Shown here: positions 26,353 to 32,000 of the stretch, one piece after another
Numbering within the stretch: the first letter of the stretch is position 1
How the letters are laid out: every line of letters begins with the position of its first letter
DNA from: an uncultured archaeon
Lineage (GTDB): Archaea; Asgardarchaeota; Thorarchaeia; Thorarchaeales; Thorarchaeaceae
Direction: 5' to 3'
NCBI GenBank assembly: GCA_964648855.1
Contig: CAZYLT010000004.1
Coordinates: 139,532-171,531, forward strand
Length of the DNA: 32,000 nt
Position numbers and translations under genes: made by a program
The notes under the pieces: generated by a model
Databases searched by the model: none
What the model was told of the DNA's origin: nothing
What the model saw: the letters and a program-made list of their open reading frames with translations, nothing else

Positions 26353-26934
26353 ATGGCAGCTTACAAGTACATGAATAAAGAATGGATTCGGGAACAGAAA
26401 GAACGCTCAGAGATTGTTCGAGAGCGGCTTATTATATGGAGAAAACAGGGTAATGTTGTCCGACTGAAGCGCCCAACGCGTCTTGGGCGCGCACGAAATC
26501 TCGGGTACAAGGCTAAGCAGGGTTATGTTGTCGTACGAATAAAGACCGGCCGTGGCCCTCGCGAAAAGCCACGACCACGCATGGGCAGAAAGCCCCGTAG
26601 TCTGGGTGTGAATAGATATACCCCACAGAAATCACGTCGTTGGATTGCTGAAGAGCGTGTTGCAAAGAAGTTTCCGAATCTTCGAGTTCTAAACTCCTAT
26701 TGGGTAGGGTCTGATCACAAACATGTTTGGCATGAAGTGATTCTTGTAGATCCAAATCACCCTGTGATATACAATGACCCCGAAATCAACTGGATTTGCG
26801 ATGATAGGCAGAAGGGCCGAGAAAGCCGCGGATTGACCTCTGCAGGCAAGAGCAGTCGTGGTCTAAGGAAGAAGGGGATCGGGTCAGAGAAAACCAGGCC
26901 TAGTCTGAAATCCAAGGGTAATCGCGGAAAGTAG
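26353..26934 (+). CDS. rpl15e: 50S ribosomal protein L15e (eL15)
   Basis: RPTRL.RAR.LGYKAKQG, IAEERV, NL.VLNSYWV, EVILVDP.HP, RGLTSAG. Confidence 0.98.
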   Translation: MAAYKYMNKEWIREQKERSEIVRERLIIWRKQGNVVRLKRPTRLGRARNLGYKAKQGYVVVRIKTGRGPREKPRPRMGRKPRSLGVNRYTPQKSRRWIAEERVAKKFPNLRVLNSYWVGSDHKHVWHEVILVDPNHPVIYNDPEINWICDDRQKGRESRGLTSAGKSSRGLRKKGIGSEKTRPSLKSKGNRGK

Positions 26935-26940
26935 TCTAAG

Positions 26941-27414
26941 ATGAATTCGGGCTCGACATCCTCCGATATTTTCACAGATTATATTGAGGTTCGTGCCCAC
27001 TCGCGGGCTACAGAGGTTCCGGAAAGGGTAGAAGAAGCGATACTCAACGTATTCCAAGACGACTTGAGAGAATACGTGAAGGTAACTCATGACGCTGTTG
27101 AAGGGCACTCTGACAATCCTATTGTAGTAATCAAGGGAGTCCTCAAGAATAAGCGAAGATGCTTAGAACAGCTCAATTATCTAGTTAGCCACTTAGACGA
27201 AGATGACCTGTCATACATTCGCCACACGATGACTCGCAGATTTGATGATAATTGCCGATTTTATCTTAGAATTGATAAACAAGAAGCATATCTAGGAAAT
27301 ATACATCTTGCACAGGTGACAGATATGATTAGTGTTGAGATTCGATTAAGGCAATACCCACGATGCGAGGCCAACTCAGCGATGGAATGGCTTTTTGACC
27401 ATCTCAACAAGTAG
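26941..27414 (+). CDS. Predicted RNA-binding protein (COG1325/DUF54)
   Basis: RATE...V..A, EGH..NPI, FYLRIDKQEAY.G; canonical position in the L15e-RNase P cluster. Confidence 0.85.
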   Translation: MNSGSTSSDIFTDYIEVRAHSRATEVPERVEEAILNVFQDDLREYVKVTHDAVEGHSDNPIVVIKGVLKNKRRCLEQLNYLVSHLDEDDLSYIRHTMTRRFDDNCRFYLRIDKQEAYLGNIHLAQVTDMISVEIRLRQYPRCEANSAMEWLFDHLNK

Positions 27415-27428
27415 GAGCGAAATAGACA

Positions 27429-28112
27429 TTGAATGCAACGGATCTCAATGTGAGAATAAAGCACAAAGATGAGATTCCACATTTTCTTCATATTGCTAAA
27501 CAACTCGGTTTTAACCAGCTTGTGATCCCATCCAACCTGCTGAATTCTTATGAAGAACGCCGAGAAGATATCACACTGTTATCTAGAATTGATATCTCCG
27601 ATGAGAATCTAGGGAAACTGAAGGGAAGACTTCGCCGTTATAGAGAGAAGCATGTAATCATAGCGGTCCAATTATCCAATCCATCTGTGTCAAACTGGGC
27701 TGCCAAGGATGAGCGGATTGATTTACTTACCATGATTCCAACACTGGATTCTGTACATCTAAGACAAAGCACAGCCAAACTTGCATCGAAATCCGGTACA
27801 ACTCTTGAAGTCACCTTGGCCCCGCTCTTAGAAACACAAGGATTCGATCGGTCTAGAACCCTGAAAACCATGAGAGAGAATATTGCCGTTGCAGTTGATG
27901 TAGGTATGAAGATTGTATTATGTAGTGGGGCAAGCGAACCAATGATGATGCGGTCTCCAAGAGGATTATGCTATGCTGGAAAATTGTTGGGACTTGACAG
28001 AACCCTGGCTAAAGCTGCCATTCATGAACGTCCTGTTGAGATAGTACAGTCAAATCTTACAAAACTCACTGGCAAATTCGTTAGACCTGGGGTACAAGTC
28101 TTAGAGAGGTGA
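27429..28112 (+). CDS. rnp3: Ribonuclease P protein component 3 (Rpp30)
   Basis: DL...LGF, A.D.RIDLL, AKLA....LEV.L..LL, SGA.....RSPR; operon context. Confidence 0.88.
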   Translation: MNATDLNVRIKHKDEIPHFLHIAKQLGFNQLVIPSNLLNSYEERREDITLLSRIDISDENLGKLKGRLRRYREKHVIIAVQLSNPSVSNWAAKDERIDLLTMIPTLDSVHLRQSTAKLASKSGTTLEVTLAPLLETQGFDRSRTLKTMRENIAVAVDVGMKIVLCSGASEPMMMRSPRGLCYAGKLLGLDRTLAKAAIHERPVEIVQSNLTKLTGKFVRPGVQVLER

Positions 28113-28116
28113 AGGT

Positions 28117-28428
28117 ATGAGGCCGAATAGGAAAAGATACGTGCGATTTGGGCTTCATCACGGTGATGGGCGAATTAGCAAGCGTCAAATCAATGATGCA
28201 CTGTGGCAGGAACTTCTATCTCTTTTTGGAGAGTCCGGTATTGCTGATACACGATTATACCTCAACGAATATGATGATGAAGAGGGTATAGGTATCCTTC
28301 AATGCAATGCTGTCTACCTTGAACAGGTTATTCAGGCTGCAATTCTGATCCGGGCAATAGATGGAACACCAGTTTCTTTTGAACCTTTGAAAACATCAGG
28401 GACGTTAAAATCCTTGAAATCGGCCTAA
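28117..28428 (+). CDS. rnp2: Ribonuclease P protein component 2 (Pop5/Rpp14)
   Basis: RKRYV.F, LFGE.G, GIL.C, TSGTLK. Confidence 0.9.
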   Translation: MRPNRKRYVRFGLHHGDGRISKRQINDALWQELLSLFGESGIADTRLYLNEYDDEEGIGILQCNAVYLEQVIQAAILIRAIDGTPVSFEPLKTSGTLKSLKSA

Positions 28429-28838
28429 ATACATTGCATCTCTACTTGTTTGATATGCCCATCTTCTAGAAAGAATGCATGGCTTTCCCATGTTCCCTTT
28501 TCCTTAGAAGCAATCAGCCATATTACGGGATTCAAACTCATGTTTTCCCGATCTCTCCTTGATGGACCTGATCCACTCTGATGTGAATGGAATATGCAGA
28601 CCAATTCCTGCCCTCTGCTATCAGCATCTGTGAGAAGCTGGTACTGAGTCATCGGGTCTACTGCAAAAGAGGTACTGGAATCTAGAATATTCTCAACTAA
28701 TTCTATCCTATCAATGCTGACCGCATTCTCATATACACTCCCAAATAGAAGCGCAACTGCCTCTTTCGGAAGCGCTCCTTCTGCATGTTTATGGAGTCTA
28801 TCAAGGTCTTGTTTTCGGAGATTAAGCACATCCACCAA
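28425..28838 (-). CDS. JAMM/MPN+ (M67) metalloisopeptidase, desampylase-like
   Basis: PKEAVALL.G (catalytic E), FHSH...PSRRD, WLI. Confidence 0.88.
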   Translation of the reverse strand: MVDVLNLRKQDLDRLHKHAEGALPKEAVALLFGSVYENAVSIDRIELVENILDSSTSFAVDPMTQYQLLTDADSRGQELVCIFHSHQSGSGPSRRDRENMSLNPVIWLIASKEKGTWESHAFFLEDGHIKQVEMQCI

Positions 28839-28847
28839 ACTAAAGCC

Positions 28848-29297
28848 TCACGCATCAAAGGGAGATTTTACTGTTTCAAGTACAATACATGTTTCAACTT
28901 CTCCCACGCCCGGAACCTTTCCAAGGCGTTTTTCTAAGAACCGTTTAAGTTCAGACAAATCATCCACAGTCACTTTAAGCATGACCCCGCAGGCGCCATC
29001 AAGAAAATAGGCTTCATCTACCTCTTCGTATTCCTTGACTTTCTCGGCAATGGCAGATGCCTGTTTCATCTGTGCTTTGACTCGAACAATCGCACTGATT
29101 TTCCGACCTATCTTCAGTGGGTCCAATACGACCGTAAACCGCTTGATAATGCCCTCCTTCACCAAGCTGCGTACTCTCCGCCGGATTGTGACCTCCGTAC
29201 GATCTACTTCCTCTGCAATCTCACTATAGGAACGTCTGCCGTCTTCCTGAAGCATGGAAATTATCTGTCTGTCGATGTCATCAAGTGTCACGTTCAT
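28848..29297 (-). CDS. Lrp/AsnC family transcriptional regulator
   Basis: LDDIDRQII..LQEDGR.SY.EIA HTH plus RAM domain. Confidence 0.95.
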   Translation of the reverse strand: MNVTLDDIDRQIISMLQEDGRRSYSEIAEEVDRTEVTIRRRVRSLVKEGIIKRFTVVLDPLKIGRKISAIVRVKAQMKQASAIAEKVKEYEEVDEAYFLDGACGVMLKVTVDDLSELKRFLEKRLGKVPGVGEVETCIVLETVKSPFDA

Positions 29298-29431
29298 AGC
29301 CTCGGTTATGTTTCAGTCCTCGAAAAGACCCTCGGGATTCGTTTATCTAGCCGCACATATATCTTACTAAATGCTACATATTCGAGCTGATAAATGTACG
29401 AAGTCGAAAACGAATTCATATCTACATGATA

Positions 29432-30250
29432 TTAAAGAATCTGTAGTTGTTTACCAATGATTGTTTCCTCTTTTTCGGCGAGAGTTGCCACCAGTTCGAT
29501 GTAGGGCAGAAGCTTCTCTGCACTTCTTATCTTCATCTCCAATAGTTCCTGTATCTGGAAGATCCCCGATGCGTTATTCATTTCCACTTCAATTCGAACG
29601 GCCTTCTTTTTACCGGACGTGATTCTTACTCTCTCAATCGACATCGCAGAAGCCGAATGGATGTTCACACTTCCCGCCTCAAATGGGATCCTTGCTCGTC
29701 CCTTTGTCATATCTAACGCATCCGCAATTCCTACTATCCCCGCCTCAATGGTAGTCGGTTCAATGAACTTTTCATGAGAGTACATTGCGTGCAGGATATG
29801 TCCGCGGATGTGTGCTTGTCTCCTTGCTTCGTTAGGATACGCCTTCCTCAATACTCGTGTGATTATCGGAGTTGCTAATGCCACAGAGAACACGTGATGC
29901 TCATCTCGATGCACTGACATTCCAATGTCGTGCAGATATGACGCCATCATCACAATTAATTGGGCATCATCATAGGTTCCTGTTTCCTCTTGAACGATGG
30001 TTGGTTTCAGGTGTTTGCCCAGAGCTTTTAGTAATTGCATGGCATTTTTGACCACTATTAGAGAATGGATGTGTCCGTGATCTGAATACCCCATCCTATC
30101 TATAGCCATACGATTTGCATCTTCGAGAATCATCTGTAATTCGTCGTCATCTTCCATCGCATCAAAAGCTACTCTGCATACTCTGTTATCTTTGAAATTC
30201 TGTCTTACTCTATCTACAAGTGTCTGTCTTTGCTTATGGCCCTTCTTCAT
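29432..30250 (-). CDS. HD-domain phosphohydrolase (COG3294-like)
   Basis: DHGHIH, YLHDIG, H.I..H, ADALDM..GRAR, IH..SA. Confidence 0.88.
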   Translation of the reverse strand: MKKGHKQRQTLVDRVRQNFKDNRVCRVAFDAMEDDDELQMILEDANRMAIDRMGYSDHGHIHSLIVVKNAMQLLKALGKHLKPTIVQEETGTYDDAQLIVMMASYLHDIGMSVHRDEHHVFSVALATPIITRVLRKAYPNEARRQAHIRGHILHAMYSHEKFIEPTTIEAGIVGIADALDMTKGRARIPFEAGSVNIHSASAMSIERVRITSGKKKAVRIEVEMNNASGIFQIQELLEMKIRSAEKLLPYIELVATLAEKEETIIGKQLQIL

Positions 30251-30352
30251 ACTTTATAGGCCCCCTAATTTCATCTTTTGCTAAACTATGTTCTGGTTAA
30301 AATGTGTTAATTCCTCTAAAGCCGTTTCCATATGGATGTTGGTTTTGTATAT

Positions 30353-31237
30353 CTATAAAGGCCCTTCGGCTTTCATATGCACTTGCTGGGTTTCCTTTGC
30401 CTGCTTCTTACCCTTTCTTCGTCGAGAGATGAAATATACTCCTACTATGAGAACATACCCAGCATATGCAGCCACTTCAAGTGCAGAAGGATTTCCATTA
30501 TAACCAAAGAGTGATTTCAAGAGAGCACCAATTGCGCCATTCTCGTGAAGTAATGGATAGCCGCCATCAGCTAGTGGAGCAGGATTGACATCCCAGACCT
30601 CAAGTGGTCCAATGAGAAGAAGTCCTGCCTCTTGGAGTTCGTGTATTCCATATGCTATCATCCCTGCTGCGAAAAGTACCAAAAAAACAGAGGTCCACTT
30701 GAAGAATGCACTAAAGCTGATTCTCAAAGAGCCCCTGTATATTGCATAACCTAAAATCACGGCTGCAATCAATCCAAGAAATACGCCAATATAGGCTCCT
30801 CCTCCCTCTTGAACTACAAGTGCTATCGTAAACAGAGAAAGCTCTACTCCCTCTCTCAGTATCAATGCAAAAGCAAGCACTCCCAGTCCAAACCCTCCTT
30901 TTGCCACCATAGAATCCTTTGCTGCTGATTCTATCTCTGATGATATACTAGAACCAACTCGGTTCATCCAGATTATCATAGTCGTCAAGAGAATCGACGC
31001 GATGATGACTATAACCCCCTCGAAGATTTGTAGAGCCGCCCCTTCAAAGAATCCCCAAATGAGAGATAAAGCTGCAGATACACCTAAACTGGTAATAACG
31101 GCGCCAATCGAACCCAGATATACAAATCTAGATAGATTCATTCTTTTTGTTTTCCGAAGGAACGAAAGCATGACAGCTATTATGAGAGCTGCCTCGATTC
31201 CTTCTCTTACTGAAATTATGAACGGCGCTATAACCAT
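30353..31237 (-). CDS. FTR1/EfeU family iron permease
   Basis: Two RExxE motifs (REGIE, REGVE), 7 TM, AGM...GIHELQEAG, LFGY...P. Confidence 0.93.
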   Translation of the reverse strand: MVIAPFIISVREGIEAALIIAVMLSFLRKTKRMNLSRFVYLGSIGAVITSLGVSAALSLIWGFFEGAALQIFEGVIVIIASILLTTMIIWMNRVGSSISSEIESAAKDSMVAKGGFGLGVLAFALILREGVELSLFTIALVVQEGGGAYIGVFLGLIAAVILGYAIYRGSLRISFSAFFKWTSVFLVLFAAGMIAYGIHELQEAGLLLIGPLEVWDVNPAPLADGGYPLLHENGAIGALLKSLFGYNGNPSALEVAAYAGYVLIVGVYFISRRRKGKKQAKETQQVHMKAEGPL

Positions 31238-31378
31238 CGTGCAAGCCCCTTTAACTATTGTTAATTAGTCGCCCACATTCTGTTAAAAACAATAGGGTAT
31301 GCGTGTGATGATGCGGTCTATTCTGTCACCAGCAGCTGCCACATCAAGATTATTTGCAAATATGTTTGATAATTCATT

Positions 31379-32000
31379 ATGCCCAAGAATGGAGAAACTG
31401 ATGTTGTTGGTTTGGCAAACACTGAGATTGCCAAGGCAGCGAACTTCGACATGGATCTTACAGCAGACACCAAATGGAATGAATTGGATGTTAAGACTCC
31501 GGTTGCGAGAACTGCAGCCACTAAGACAATGCGACTGCTCAAGGAGAGGGGCATCAAAACTATAGATACTGTGATTCCTCTCTGTGAATCTCTCCTTGAA
31601 ACAGGTCAGTGGCCCCATAGAACCATCGCATTCCAATGGATTTTCAGCTTAAAGAACCAATTTCAACCACGGCATTTTGCTACTCTAGAAAAATGGATTA
31701 ATACCTATCTCCACAGTTGGGGGAGTTGTGACGATTTGTGTACTCATTCAATGGGTTACTTCCTCATGAGGTTCCCTCAGGTTGTTGAATCCGTGAAGAA
31801 GTGGGTAAAATCGGATAATCCATACGTCCGACGGGCAGCTCCTGTTTCATTCATCTATGCACTGCGGAGGAGCAAGCTCTTCGAACACATTTTCGATGTA
31901 TCTGATAGCCTGATGCATGATAGCCATCACCATGTTCTCAAGGGATACGGCTGGATGCTCAAAGAGGCGACTCTGCATTTCATGGATGATGTCTTTGACT
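31379..32000 (+). CDS. AlkD-like DNA alkylation repair protein (3' truncated; absent from the ORF track)
   Basis: My translation from ATG 31379 stays open to the window end: WGSCDDLC, W..SDN.Y.RR, V.KG.GWML.E. Confidence 0.85.
   Translation, partial: MPKNGETDVVGLANTEIAKAANFDMDLTADTKWNELDVKTPVARTAATKTMRLLKERGIKTIDTVIPLCESLLETGQWPHRTIAFQWIFSLKNQFQPRHFATLEKWINTYLHSWGSCDDLCTHSMGYFLMRFPQVVESVKKWVKSDNPYVRRAAPVSFIYALRRSKLFEHIFDVSDSLMHDSHHHVLKGYGWMLKEATLHFMDDVFD

Noticed and set aside
31251-31264. TTAAC-TATT-GTTAA palindrome upstream of the FTR1 gene as an iron-regulator box
   Set aside because: Short, AT-rich and single copy; cannot be distinguished from chance
31283-31636. Three short overlapping ORFs in the track
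   Set aside because: Shadows of the real AlkD-like CDS starting at 31379

Overview
Archaeal core-genome window with dense housekeeping content. The gene set and order (stand-alone 5S rRNA, DUF1512, archaeal DnaG, pelota, S6e-aIF2gamma-PIN-Rpo7-Spt4-S24e-S27ae, intron-containing initiator tRNA-Met, L15e-COG1325-Rpp30-Pop5) fit a TACK/Asgard-type archaeon. My impression is Asgard (Thorarchaeia-like), but this is inference only. No CRISPR array, transposase or integrase is visible. Strongest second-look items: (1) an ORF-free, ~310-nt, heavily base-paired minus-strand RNA candidate (about 5030-5347) with a closing helix, two crossing 10-bp helices and an RNase P/MRP-like P4 pairing, which matches no RNA family I recognise; (2) a LonB-type AAA+ ATPase with no protease domain or membrane anchor, a Zn-ribbon insert and an HbYX-like C-terminus (YFF), directly upstream of pelota; (3) two intact tandem type II methionine aminopeptidases; (4) a DUF134/DUF5320/2x Fe-S ATPase/2x NifX cluster with RGG tails and tandem palindromic operators; (5) a structured leader upstream of rpl15e.
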